Positions 24,353 to 37,282 of a DNA stretch of 64,000 nt are shown one piece after another. Where the stretch lies: assembly GCA_051362555.1 (NCBI GenBank), contig CM120648.1, positions 15,248,587-15,312,586 of the forward strand, read 5' to 3'. This DNA is from Lingula anatina. Lineage: Eukaryota > Animalia > Brachiopoda. Every line of letters begins with the position of its first letter. Position 1 is the stretch's first letter. Made by a program: the position numbers and the translations under genes. Under the pieces are notes generated by a model. The model did not search any database. It worked only from the letters and a program-made list of their open reading frames with translations, and was not told the DNA's origin.

Positions 24353-24569
24353 TATAGTGCCAACGGGTATGTTTATGTCTCGATCTGGAAAGGCAGATCA
24401 CGTGAGAGGACTGAGAACGAGACTGAGAGCCAGATTATATGCCAGACTTCTATATGAAGAGACGTGCAATTCCATACACTAAGAAAGTGACAAATTGGTA
24501 CAAGCTAAAGAGCTTTAAAGGTAAGAAACTATACTATTACCTTAAGTAGAATCCAAAGGGAATTCTATA
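24353..24569 (+). repeat. 5' LTR of element 2
   Basis: TATAGTGCC...AATTCTATA, direct repeat of 27250-27466. Confidence 0.92.
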
Positions 24570-24570
24570 T

Positions 24571-24590
24571 TGTCGACAAGGATGAGATTC
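24571..24590 (+). promoter_or_regulatory. Degenerate primer binding site, tRNA-Ser(GCU)-like
   Basis: TGTCGACAAGGATGAGATTC versus expected TGGCGACGAGGATGGGATTC (3 mismatches), 1 nt after the LTR. Confidence 0.65.
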
Positions 24591-24643
24591 ACATTCCATT
24601 GCCTGCTAAACAGGGACCCAGTTCTGAATCTACTAGCCTGGAA

Positions 24644-26411
24644 ATGTCAAAGGACATCAGGCTCAAGGATGACCCCACCATAACTCATCAAAGGGTGATT
24701 ATGGGTGAAGAAATGGAAATTGACTCTGATGAAGAGGAAGCATTATTATCCGGAGTAACGCCTCCAGGAAGTACAAAATCAGAATGATCAACTGGTGCAG
24801 CAAAATTAACTTCAGAGATTAAAGAATCTCAGAAGTCAGATATTCAAATGGAAGTAGAGGCAGGGCACTCAAAGGAGTTGCCTTCTCATAAATATAAAGT
24901 GCCTATATATGAGCCCAGACGTGGTATGGTATCAAAGGAAAGGAAATCAACAGAAGAGAAAAAAGAATCATATAGGGAGAGGAAAGGCTCTCCTTATCAT
25001 AAAGAATGGAAAAAACAGAGAAGTTGTTCATCCTCACCTAGGAGATAAGAGTATGGGCCAGGCCGGGGAGGTTATTATCAAGGAAGAAAGGTAACACATA
25101 GTTCACCAGCTGCGAAAGCGCCGCTTCCAGATAGAACAAGAGGATGTTTGCTGTCCTGGTGCAAAGGCCCAGATACAGCTGATCATGCATTTGAATGTCA
25201 TCTGCCTTTAATTTTCCATCCTATGTTAAGAGGATCGGAGATTAATACACAAAGAATGGCTGCCCTGCAAACAATAACTCGCAGGATAATGGGGGTCCGT
25301 AAAGACGTACCTGACTTAAGCACATTGGCTTTCATAAGAAATTCTGAGGAAAGCCTCATTTCTGGAGAGAAAGAAGCCAGGGAAGAGTTTAAGCAGCACC
25401 TGGGCGTATCTGAGGAAAGCCTCACATTACGTCTTTTGAATAGGAAAGTGTTGTTGGATCTCTTTTCCATGATTAATAAAGACATTCAGGAACAGCTTAA
25501 ACAGCTGTTTGAACCTGAAGAAGAAGAGATAAGGAAATTGTCCCAAACTCCAGAGGCATTTGATGCTCATTGCCATCTGGATCGAGCTCAGAAATTCCTA
25601 AAATTACCTTTAGAGGCTGGGCTACAAGAAATAATTGGGGCTGTTCCAGTAGATAGCTGCAGGGTTAAAAAGAAAGGGTTTACTGCAGTATATTGTGATC
25701 CTGAATCGTACCCAAGTTCTGATATATGCAAAGGCATTCAGGAAATTGGAGGAGTGGTTGCTGTAGGCATGCATCCTAAACATCAAGTGAAAAGTGAAGA
25801 ATGGGCCAGTTTCTAAATGGTTGTGGCTCAGCCAGAAGTGGCTGCATTAGGAGAAATTGGATTTGACATGACTTGTAAAGTCTGGAAGTGGGATGAGCAA
25901 CTTCAAAACTTAGAAATTGCTCTATCCTTTCAAGTTTCTTCAACCAGGAAAAGTCCTGGTACTACATGGCCATGGATTAAGGAATTCAAATGAAGCCGAT
26001 GATGCAGCATGGAGAATTATTCTAAATGTTCTTTGTGTGGTGCCAGCTGTGGGTCGGGAAAGGCTGATCCATTGCCATTGCTTCCTTGGATCCATGGACC
26101 TAATGAGGTCATGGTTAAAACACTTTCCGAATACTTATTTCGGAATAGCCGGAGCAGTACATCAGTTCAAAAGTGATACTGGATCTACTGCCTACAAGAC
26201 AGTGCATAGCATGCCACTAAATAGACTGCTACTGGAGACAGACAGCCCATACTTTTCAAGAGAAGTTGAGGCTGCATCTACACCTCCTCATATAGGACAA
26301 GTAGCAGAGGCAGTGTCTGTGATCAAAGGACAATCATGGAAAGAAATATTAGCAAAGGCTAGTAAAAATGCTTACTGCCTATATGTAGAGCGGTTGGCAC
26401 CAGAGATATAA
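24644..26411 (+). pseudogene. tatD: Disordered N-terminus + C-x4-C..H-x4-HLP Zn motif + helical domain + TatD-family DNase; 3 in-frame stops, 1 frameshift (~25930)
   Basis: One frame from 24599 to ~25930 with stops at 24785, 25046, 25814; TatD motifs in order: FDAHCHLD, VGMHP, ALGEIGFD, VLH, HCF, FGIAG, RLLLETDSPY. Confidence 0.9.
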
Positions 26412-27235
26412 ACTGAATGTTTGTCAGGCCAGACTTAGTGCGACCTGTCCCGTGATAGCGGCAGGGGTATGAGTGATACTACTGACTGCGAGTGCTACAT
26501 ACACAGACTGTGGAAAGTATATTCCTAGAAAGGTGAGGAATTACCTTTTCTTTAAGAGTTACGAAAAACAACTCCATAAAATATGATGACAGTAAATCCT
26601 CCTTCTCTTCATCATTATTGAAACTGTCCTCATGTTCATTGTGGAAAGTTTTTCATAAGCCCAGTTCAATTCTTGTAATTTCCTTGAGCTGGCCTCTTTA
26701 TCATCTGGATTGTTATCTAAGATACTACAATGCCAGCCTTTTATAAGCCTGCTTGATTTCTACTTTAAGGATGTGGTATTATTATCCTTTCCTATTCGTC
26801 TTTCTTCCTTTTGGGAAAGGGAATATTAATCATCCCTATCATGTTCTCTTATTTGCTGCTCTATCTTTATTTGTAGTAATTGATGTAGACATGGATTGGA
26901 TTTATGCATCCAAAGGGATGTATAGATTCAAATGGGAATCAGATTTTAACTCTAGGAATTTCTTGAGCAGTATTTCTCTTCACCTTCCTATGAGTTTCTC
27001 CTAATGTGATTTAGATTACTATCTAGTTATTATTTTATTATTATTATTTAATTTATTATATTAAGCTGTTGTTTCAATTTCACTTTCTTGTTGGTGAGTT
27101 TATCTTTACATCTTCTAGGTTTTTAGATCTTTTCTGAAGTCACTTCTTTTGTTGTAAAGATGTATAAGATTTCCCCCCTCTATATTTTTATCTAATGGAC
27201 AAGATAAATTGTTATGGGATAAGCCTTTTTTGGAT

Positions 27236-27249
27236 AAAGAGGGGAAGAG
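27236..27249 (+). promoter_or_regulatory. Polypurine tract of element 2
   Basis: AAAGAGGGGAAGAG abuts the 3' LTR. Confidence 0.85.
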
Positions 27250-27466
27250 TGTAGTGCCAATGGGTATGTTTATGTCTCGATCTGGAAAGGCAGATCACGT
27301 GAGAGGACTGAGAACGAGACTGAGAGCCAGATTATATGCCGGACTTCTATATGAAGAGACGTGCAATTCCATACACTAAGAAAGTGACAAATTGGTACAA
27401 GCTAAAGAGCTTTAAAGGTAAGAAACTATACTATTACCTAAAGTAGAATCCAAAGGGAATTCTATA
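27250..27466 (+). repeat. 3' LTR of element 2
   Basis: TGTAGTGCC...AATTCTATA. Confidence 0.92.
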
Positions 27467-27645
27467 TCAGTAAATAAAACCAGTGAAAACTTTATTATTA
27501 TTTAATATTATAAATCAAACTTCAAAATTCACTTTTCAAATACTTGCCTTACTGAACATATTCCGTTAAATTTTTTATTGGGGTCAACTATGCCTGTGAT
27601 AGTTAATTATAAACAATAAATTGGAGCAACTGTGCTCCAAACCAC

Positions 27646-28088
27646 AGCCGCGAAGTGGAATCCACCACAAAAATGGCGACCTTGACCTGATTACTACCTC
27701 CAAGAGTGTATCGCCAGAGTTTTGAAAAAAAAAACATCTTTCTGGTGCAGAAGTGAGTTAATTTTTCCTATGAAGAACTGCAATGCAATCTCAAAAAGGT
27801 CTGCTATTCATACCTAGAGGTCTATTTTGGTCCATTTTTACCTTTTTAAAGGGATCCTTTAAAACATAGAAATGGAGAGAAATGGATAGAAATGGACTGA
27901 AATGGGCCGAAATGGACCGAAATGGACGCATGGCAAACCTCTATGAGATCGCACTTGGGTTTTGCATAGTAAAAATAAACTTACTTTTATACCAGAAAGA
28001 AGTTTTATTGAATTTTCTGGTGATACACCCTTCGAGGTAGTAATCGGGTCAAGGTCGCCATTTTCAAGGTGGATTCCACAACGAGGCT
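27646..28088. mobile_element. MITE with long imperfect TIRs and an internal 10-bp GAAATGGACC-type array
   Basis: Left arm GTGGAATCCACC..AAAATGGCGACCTTGACC is mirrored at the right end; a second copy is at 37967-38212. Confidence 0.7.
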
Positions 28089-29253
28089 CTATTTTAAAAC
28101 ACAGTTGCTTGTATCAAAAGTCCAATTAGATAATTTAAACTGCAAACCTTTGACTTAAGTAACCAGAACCAAAGAAAGCTACAATAATGTGTGCAACATG
28201 ATAATATATATTTATTTATTTTTTTTTTTTTTTTGCGAATTGTCAGCAGGGAGGGGACTAATAGTCTAAGTTAAATAATGAAATTTCTGGATTATATATA
28301 ATTAGGAATAAATATATATCCTTATATATCCTTAACCGAAAGAGTTAAAGGATGTGGAACTTGCAGTGTATTTTATTATAAACCAGTTTGAAACTGTTGA
28401 TCTCTATAGCATAGGGCATGTCCATTGCCATATCTGTAAGTTTTCTGTATTTTTCTGTTAGTGTTGTGAAATGGGTGAAGAGTGAAAAAAATTTCAGGTA
28501 AGAAAAGTGATGTTTCTTTAACGCTGAGACCAGGACTTCAGATTGCCAGTGAACCATTACAGTTATTAATAACCAGTTAACGATCTCTGCTAGCTGGTAG
28601 AGATAATGATAAAAATGTGACAAGTGAGTAGTTATGTCACTGACAGGTAAGTCAGACTTACATTCTTTATTTAATTAAGTGCAAATTGATTTGGCTACTA
28701 TTCCTTTTGGCTTCTGTGAGCTTGTGGAGTTAACACCTCATTAATTAATCACCACTATCAGATCAGGTCCTATGATAAGATATTTGTATCTTTACCAATT
28801 TTTTTCATTGAACAGATCCATTCTATCAAGTGTTCATTTTGGCAAAAAAAAAAAAAAAAAAATTTACATTCTCACCAATAGTTAATGAATCCATCCCAAC
28901 ATCAAAGGTTTTTTTTTTTTTTTTTTTTTGTAACAATTTTTAAACAGATTATCATTAATAACAGAGCCATCAATGAGGAGGTCATGTGGTCTGATGGCAA
29001 GCACAGATTTCAAGCTAATTATCATAACGATCCTTTTGGCGTTTAAAAAGAATTTATTATATTTTCATTTACAGTGTATTTATTGTGAAATATGAATCTT
29101 ATACAAAGAACTATTCCCCCTCAATTTACCATGACCAATCAAAGTGTGCCTGACTCTCAGAAAGTATTTAAAACCCAGCTGTAGAGAAGGCATTAGTTCA
29201 GTTTCTTTATGAACCCTTGCATATAGAGTTCTAAGATACAACCAAGTATTAAT

Positions 29254-29351
29254 ATGAAGTCTAAGAAGCCTCGATACCCATGCAGTGTCTGCTCAACTGC
29301 TTGCACATACGATGTTATTGAGTGTTCCTCTTGCAATCAATGGACTCACAG
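29254..29351 (+). other. Isolated exon-like fragment encoding half of a PHD finger
   Basis: MKSKKPRYPCSVCSTACTYDVIECSSCNQWTH followed by AG|GTAAGC donor. Confidence 0.55.
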
Positions 29352-30681
29352 GTAAGCTGAATTGATAAGATAGTAAGAAAACATACTTACAGGGTTGGAA
29401 GACAAAATTTGTCTACTTATTTGCTTGTTATAATTGTTACGATCATAATCAGGTAGCTTTTGGAATATTTGGGAACCAAAAATATTACTTTTGCAACTGA
29501 TGCAGATCTGCAATAAAAACTTTAATCTTATACTTTTTTTATTACAAAATGGTAGGCTCATCCCTGAATAGGTAAATTGGATTAACTAGCTTAGAATGGA
29601 TTAGGTTTTAATGCTGTCTCAGATCACAGAATAATTTTTTAAAAAATTTTTCACATTGGACTGCTTTTGATTTGTTATTGTTATGAAGTGATGTGCTACA
29701 TGTATGTAGGGGATTTCATTATTATTTGTTGTAGCTGGTGTTTTGGTATACCAACCGACTCATATATATCGATCACTGTCCCTACCTGTGTCATAGCTAT
29801 TTGACATCACCCTATAACTCATCTCATTTTACTATATATTTTACCTTGTCAAATTGAACTGTCGATTAGATTTACTTCGATTATTAAAGGCACATCTTTT
29901 CCATCTACATGTAGTTACAACTTAGTTGCTGTTTGTGTCTGGAAATTAATTGTCCATTTCTTCTCACTAGGAGACACTTTGTCTTATATAGTAAATAATA
30001 TTAACTTTAAAGAGGATAGTGTATACACTTCTTTCACATACCTCTCTGAGGGGTTAGAATAAAATATTGTGTTAATGAAAAAAAGAGGAATAAATTTATC
30101 AGTGAAATTATGACAATAACGAAGTAAAATTGAATCAAATAAAAGTAATAATAGGTATGAGAATAAAGCAAAAAAGGCAATATTTTAGTAAAAAATCTAA
30201 AACCCACATAACTTTACATAACATTTCATTATATGAAACTTTACTTTGGATTTTTTTAAAGTATCCAAGAGTCAATGCGGTTCCATATTTTAATCATATT
30301 CTATGGTTTGTTCTGAATTGGGGCCTTTCATATCGTGTCTTAAATGTCAGTTGCCAATTATTATTACTAGTACTAAAGGTTTTTTTTTTTAATATTTGCA
30401 TGCCATTTAACTACTCTTTTATCTGGTTATATAATATGACCTTGAGGATTTTTGATGATTTGGATGATTTTGTTTAATCTAGTCAATTATTTCATAACAT
30501 GCTACATGTATGTGTAATTACTTTCCATTGGAAGAATAAGCCATTCAGATCATTCTTTTGGATACTGAATTAGTCTAGAACAAAGTTAACATTAAGGTTG
30601 AATTCCTTGATAGAAAGGGAATTTCCAACATCATTTTTCAGTATAAGGGCCATTCCGTGGTATTTGGTCCAGAGACCTTAA

Positions 30682-33600
30682 GTGTGTGTCCATGATAAGA
30701 CCAGTCAGAGGGTGGCAAGGTGGGGGTCAACAGATTTCAACCAAATTCATAATATTGTTGCATATATAGGAGATATTAAGATTGAAGGCAACAATCCCAA
30801 AAGAAATCATTGGATATAATTATAATATGATATTATATGTTTTGGCCATTTTTGGCTTGATTTTCAGCTTCGGTCAATAAAGCCACTTCATAAGCAAATA
30901 TTTCAAAACTGATGACTTTTTAAAATTAATTGAAAATTTACCTATTTAAACCAGCCATTTGCCATTGAGAATATGTTACTAAATTTCAGTTTAACCCACA
31001 AACTAACGAGCCACGCCCATTTTTATGACCCCACCCCCCAAACTCACTTTTCTACCAAGCAATGTTCAAACATTCATATCTCTCTTTTTGCAGGCTTGAC
31101 AGCCATAAAATTTTATAGGGATCCTAAGCATATATTGGTCTAATCATACAAAATTCAAAAAGTGTGTTAAACACAACAGAAGACATTGAAAAAGTGCCTC
31201 AAACTTTAGCAGAAAACCAAACGGCCGAAATCAAGATATCAGTACATTTTGAGATAATACCTTCCAATAATCAAGTTTAATCAAAGACTCACAGCCAGGA
31301 ATTCAAACTATGCTTTGATAAGGGCAAATCTATCCAATTTTTATAAATACAAAATGGCTGCCATCAAATCTGTCCCAAAATACAGTTACCCTAATTCCTC
31401 AAAATAATCAAGAGGCCCATTTTTGCAGGTTTTTTATTTTGAGATCTGTAATACAGGATTGCTCAAATAATATTCTTTTCAAACAGAGCCATACAACTTC
31501 TGAATAAATTTAAATTACTAGTGACAAGTTATCCCCCCCCCCCCCCCCAATTTAATAAGTTATTACTGTGCATATCCAGTGTCATCAGCATTGTGTATAT
31601 ACCTTATTTTCAGGGAGCAATAGAGAAAAAAAATTACAAATGATTTTTCTAAAGGTAAAAGGGAATGACTGTCTCATTTTATCAGTTTTCTCAAGTGCAA
31701 CACTAATTAATCCACTTGTAATGATTTATATTGCATTTTTCAACCATTCTTTTTCCTTTCAAATGATTCATAGGCTTTGTAAATACATGTGATATCTTGA
31801 TATCTATATTCTTTTTCTATAAAGAAAATTAAAACAGAGTCAGCAACATACAATGACAGGAGGAGTACTTTATTTTCATATCATCAATTGGACAGTAAAA
31901 GAACAAAGCAGTTACTTTTTACAGGAGTGAAATCAAGTTATGAATCTCCAAGGTTCCAATATCATGGTCATCTTTTCTATATACTGAACACAACAGTGAT
32001 GGGTAGTGTTCAACAGATTTTAATCTTATAACTGATTGATCCCCAAGTTTCTTCTTCTGGTTGAGAGATCCAGGGTCTCCTACAGTAATGATAATTCAGC
32101 AATCTTAGAATAAGTGTGGTAACTTGAAGCAACATGCCACTATAGTTTAGTGTGACTGAACTGTCAATTGTCAATATTTGTCAATTCAATGGCGCCAATC
32201 CTCCTTTCCTACAAAACTGAGTGAGATTGCCAAGCCTAAGATGCATATTTGTTATGGGGGATTGTCCCAAGGTGGCTCTAAGTCCAATAAAGGTTTGCCA
32301 GGATATCCACTACTGCGTCTACCTGAAGATGGCAGGACAGGCTGTCAAAAGAAAAAGTATTAAACATATTTTAAACTCATGTTAATTGCTGTATAAGAAC
32401 AATTATTAAATAATATTCTGATCAAACATATTGCATAAGTGTAAAAAAGGAAATCAAATATGCATGATTGTAGCTACCAGAATTTCATGATAGAAAAAGA
32501 AACAAATGAAAAAAAGGTAAACCTTTTTTCTTCTATGTGGAAGTGTTCCAGGCATTACAAAGTTGGTGCTCACATCTGAATCTGATGAATTGGCCTGTGC
32601 AATTTCAGGTGACTTTTCTATTATTGTCTGTAAGATTGTCCAGGTCAAGGTTCACATACAGGCCTAGGATGTAAAATCTGAAAAATAAACATAACATCAA
32701 TAAATGCTTTACAACAACAGAGGCTTACTGTGTTCAGAATAGAAACTATCATAGCAGGATCAATCTATCTCAGCGGAGTATCACACTCGGGCTCAGTCGT
32801 TGTAATCAGCTTAATTGTCTGGCACGCCCCCTTGCAAAGCAACATGAACAACATAATGGACTGCAAAGTTTTCCTGATTTTACTAAAGTACCTTTAGTTA
32901 CAAGTGTCCTGTGTAATATGTAAGTCTTGAAAACTGAAGCACAGTTGTGTTACAAAGTCACATAATTATAGCTAGGCGGTTAACTTCAACTTCATTGTAA
33001 ACACACATGAATCTGCATAGTGAATATAAAACTAAAATATAAAAAACTGGCACAAGTAACATCCCCTAAAATGCCAAAACTTGAAACTGAATGTGTGTTA
33101 CATACATACATGTTTACCATGAAACAGAAATCAAGTAAAACTCTGTGAATTGAAATATACCAGTATGTCTTTTAAATTTGCTTATATTCTTTATAATACT
33201 GAATAATATTCAAACTTATTATTTAAAATGGTTTGACTTTTTAGTGTATCTGATTCTAGTATATGTATGTCACCACTGATCACTTACCTTACAACAAACA
33301 TCCAGAGCTAAATCGATGAGATGGATATATTGAGGAACCCAAGCCTGACAACAGTCTGAAGTGGTTCAACCAAAAAATGCACATTCTAAGGACGACCAGC
33401 TGCTATGGTCATTTCTTGTTATATTCTGGTGCACACCAATCATTCTGAGATGTACCTAAGCATCTCTAGTGTGTGTTCTTCATAAATTTAAGAAAGTATT
33501 ATGTTTTAACACTGTGAAGACGATGTGTTTTGCTCTACAGTCACGCTCGGCTGTCACCTTGATTGGATAGTAAACGGTTGTCGTAAAATCGCTAAAAGAT

Positions 33601-35067
33601 ATTAAAACCCGGTGCATAAACTTGAAAACCACCTAGGACAACCTTAGACTGCCACATTAATCCAATACAATGCAAAAATAAACTATAACAAGTGGTTAAA
33701 GCCTTCAAACCGAATGTCGTAAAGTCCCCATATACCTCCATAGAGACAATAAAATATCGCATTGTCCAATGGCATGGCTTATTTTTCGTAAGCCCGGTGT
33801 ACGGTGACCTCTGCGGTTACGTCATTTTCTGAATTGGATTGTAGAGAGGACTAATTCAAACATCAGAGATGGAATTTGGATATACGGTTTGATTGTGCGT
33901 ATGCCATGCACGGAATTTACAAACGAGCGACGGGATGATGTAGCCTGCAGTATTAGCGGTAAGCGTGCCAAGTTTTAGGCCGCTCCGATGCCCGGCAGTA
34001 TTTTATTTCGATTATTATGTTGGAACTGGATTTATCTTGTTTCAGAAGCTTACTATATTTTATTGTCTCTATGGAGGTATATGGGGACTTTACGACATTC
34101 GGTTTGAAGGCTTTAACCACTTGTTATAGTTTATTTTTGCATTGTATTGGATTAATGTGGCAGTCTAAGGTTGTCCTAGGTGGTTTTCAAGTTTATGCAC
34201 CGGGTTTTAATATCTTTTAGCGATTTTACGACAACCGTTTACTATCCAATCAAGGTGACAGCCGAGCGTGTCTACAGTTGCTCCGGTGATAATCCTAGTA
34301 CCCGCCATGTTGAATATAGGTCACAGAGTTAGCATCGTTATTTTACATTTAGTTTCTACAACATAAACAAATTTAAAAAATGCATTTTCGCTTCATAAGT
34401 TCGTCTGCAGGGCAAACATATTTATTTTAAGGGCTTTTCACAAACCTATACATGGTTTTGACCTTTTAATTTAGTTGAAGAAACAGTTTAGCATTTAAGT
34501 AGTATAAAAATTTTCGTTTTTAGGCCCTTTTTAAAATTGTTATAGTTCTTATTTTACAAGGTTTAACACAGATTTTATTTTACAAAATTTATTTTTCAGC
34601 CCTTTTCTATCAGCACATACCAAAATTATATGGATACAACCTGCAAAAAAGAAGTTTTGTGCATTTAAAGAAGGGGAGGGGGTCAAACATACGGAAAACA
34701 TGCCATATTAGAATCAACCTTGTGTGGTCATGACAGTGCCTTTTCAAAAAATCTGTACTGGGTATTAAAGGTCTTTCCTTAACCTATCATGTGGCTTACC
34801 TAAATAATTCCTTATGATGTACATGATTTTTTAAAAGAATATTTAAAATTATTACTTTTCAAGAGCTAAAATATGCTATATTTTGGCAAAATTGCCAATA
34901 AAAGATCTGCCCCCATATCTCTAAAACTAATGATCCAAAATAAGAAAGCCAGTGGCTCACAATATCTTTTATGTTGATGGTTTACCACACCAAAAATTAT
35001 TAAAATCTGCTGACCCCCACCTTGCCGCCTTCTGACTGATCTGTCTGGCTTTCTCATGGACACGCTC
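30682..35067. mobile_element. Non-autonomous DNA transposon with TTAA TSD, Sola3-like
   Basis: ~55-65 bp imperfect TIRs (GTGTCCATGA...GGCAAGGTGGGGGTCA.CAGATTT); TTAA at 30678-30681 and 35068-35071; right end CTC. Confidence 0.75.
33542..34270. mobile_element. Young MITE with 216-bp TIRs and 8-bp TSD, nested in the Sola3-like element
   Basis: 33542-33757 is the reverse complement of 34055-34270 (no mismatch seen); TCTACAGT on both sides. Confidence 0.92.
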
Positions 35068-35780
35068 TTAAAATTTCAAAAAAGACTCCTACTTACAAAA
35101 CTTATAATTTCTGAAACCAGACACCACTAGACACCAGAATCCCCCCAAAAAAGGTTTTGATGATTATTATTTTATTGAATCTTTTATCTGGAAAATTTAT
35201 AAAATAGTGTTATGGAAGGACATTTTTATTTTTGATGTAGTTTACAAAATATTGATTATTTTTAATAATAAAGGCTACAGACATTAAATATAAGTTATTT
35301 TTTACATATAACCAAGTGCATTACATTGAAATTTTTCTGAATAGAAAAGAATGGATTAATTAATATCAAAATGTTCTTCCACGACAATTTAGGTACCTAT
35401 TTTTTAAGTTTTCTCAGTCATTACAAAAGCTAAAAACTTTTTACTTCATATTCTCCTCAAACATGGTATGGGTCAACAACCTTTGAAAAAAAATTGACAT
35501 ATAAGATTTCAGTGGATTAATAAATCAAAGTTATTAAAACTGTTATGGAAGGACATTAAGTGTCATGGATGGACACCTCACATATTTTGGGTGAATACCA
35601 GGCAGATGGGTGAACAATGAAGTCCTGGCCCTTTCTTTCAGATTACTTCAAGTTGGAATTTTAAGATCTTCCATAATCTAATTATTGCTGTCTTTTTATT
35701 TAATAGCACACTATTTTAATGATTTTGATATAATTGTAATGTAGGATTGCATAAAATTTAGACATTTGCTGAAAAATCTC

Positions 35781-36036
35781 ATGTTGCCTGCGTTTAGGAG
35801 TTAGGGCATCAAACTGTGATACAGCCCACTTGAAAGGTCTGCGACACTACGACCCTGGAGGACAGCCCAGAGTATAGTGATTGGTACTTTATTATTAATA
35901 TCCGTTTTTTATAATACTAACAGGTGAAGGGGATATCTTTCAGCAGTTCCATAATAATGTTGCCTGCGTTTAGGAGTTGGGGCATCAGATCTGTGATACA
36001 GCCCATGTGAATGGTCTGCGGAACTACGACCATGGA
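35781..36036. repeat. Two diverged direct copies of a ~79-bp unit
   Basis: ATGTTGCCTGCGTTTAGGAGTT.GGGCATCA...CTACGACC.TGGA at ~35781 and ~35957. Confidence 0.8.
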
Positions 36037-37179
36037 AATGCGGCTCAGGGTGGCACTAGTTTTCTAGTGGCATCCACATCGCACTGCCCAAACTGAAAGC
36101 AGATCAACAGCATCAAAGTTAAGAAAGCTCTGGCAATCGTACCCGGGCACCTCCAAAAGTTGCTGAACGAAGGAAACTGAGGAAATCTCATTTCCTACCT
36201 ATAAACGGTCCTTTTCAGGACCACCCACTTTTCTCAGGAAAGGCTTCCAATATGTTCCATTTAACTACCTAAACCTATATACCCTTTATAATACAGGAAT
36301 ACCTAGCATGACTGCTTGATGAAACTGTAACAGGACTGTTATTTAAAAAGGACTCAGACTGATCTGGTAGAGACTTGAAGTGGTATTTTTTTATAAACAT
36401 GTTGTTTATTGCGATACCTATGAGAGGTAGAACAGCATGAGTGGACAAATGTCTGAATAATGTGATGAAACAAACAGAACAATTTACGTGAACTAAAACT
36501 AAAAAATAAATGAATAGTATTTTTAATAAACTAAACTAAAAATAATTATCTGTATAACAAAATAAGACAACATGAAACTCTTAAATAAAAAAGCAAACCA
36601 ATCAAGCCAATATTTACCTGTAAGAGGTAGAACAGCGTGAGTGGACGAATGTGCCGCCAAATGAGGTAGGGCATGTTTCTGGGCCTTGCACTCAAATGCA
36701 GTTATAATTCCATGTAAACGCCATGAAATAGATTTTTACTCATTAAATTGATTCTTTTGGTCTTTGATGAATTAGCAGTTCAAACGCGGCAGATATATAT
36801 TGAGGTTTCTTTACGTTGCATGGTATGTGTTGAAAGAATCTTAATATCTATTAAGCGAACTTATTTCTTTTTTAATTTAGGAATAAACTAATGATAATAA
36901 AATGAAAAGAAAACAAATGATTTCAATTTTGAACCAGTATTATTTTAGAAAACCATTGACTTTTTGTGCTAATGAACAACGCTGATAGGCCTACATTTCT
37001 GTGAAACTTGAAGCAACTAGCTTTACTTTATTGATACCCTATACAGGTTATACATATACTATATTCGATCACAAGCCTATGAAAGTAGATTTTTAATCCT
37101 CTAACAATTTTTTTTTAGATGCCGACATCTTTCATTTCACTATCCGGTTAAAAAAAAAACATTTTTATGACTGGTGTAC

Positions 37180-37282
37180 CATGAAATTCTGACTCCCCTA
37201 AAATGTGACTCCCCAGTCAGATTTCCATAAATTATGGAAATCTGACTGGGGAGTCACATTTTAGGGAAGTCAGAATTTCATG
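37180..37282. repeat. 103-bp near-perfect palindrome, probably part of a MITE
   Basis: 51-bp arms around one A at 37231, one mismatch; built from GACTCCCC units. Confidence 0.85.

Larger units (their letters stand above)
24353..27466 (+). mobile_element. Non-autonomous LTR retrotransposon carrying only a TatD-nuclease fusion gene (element 2)
   Basis: 217-bp LTRs with 4 differences by eye; TCAG TSD (24349-24352, 27467-27470); PBS and PPT; no gag, RT or integrase motifs inside. Confidence 0.92.

Noticed and set aside
24644-26411. TatD as bacterial contamination or the host TATDN locus
   Set aside because: It is enclosed by LTRs with PBS, PPT and TSD in animal repeat context and carries a long non-bacterial N-terminal extension
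30647-35633. Outer element with AGGGCCA/TGGCCCT ends enclosing the Sola3-like insertion
   Set aside because: Only a 7-bp inverted match and no convincing TSD
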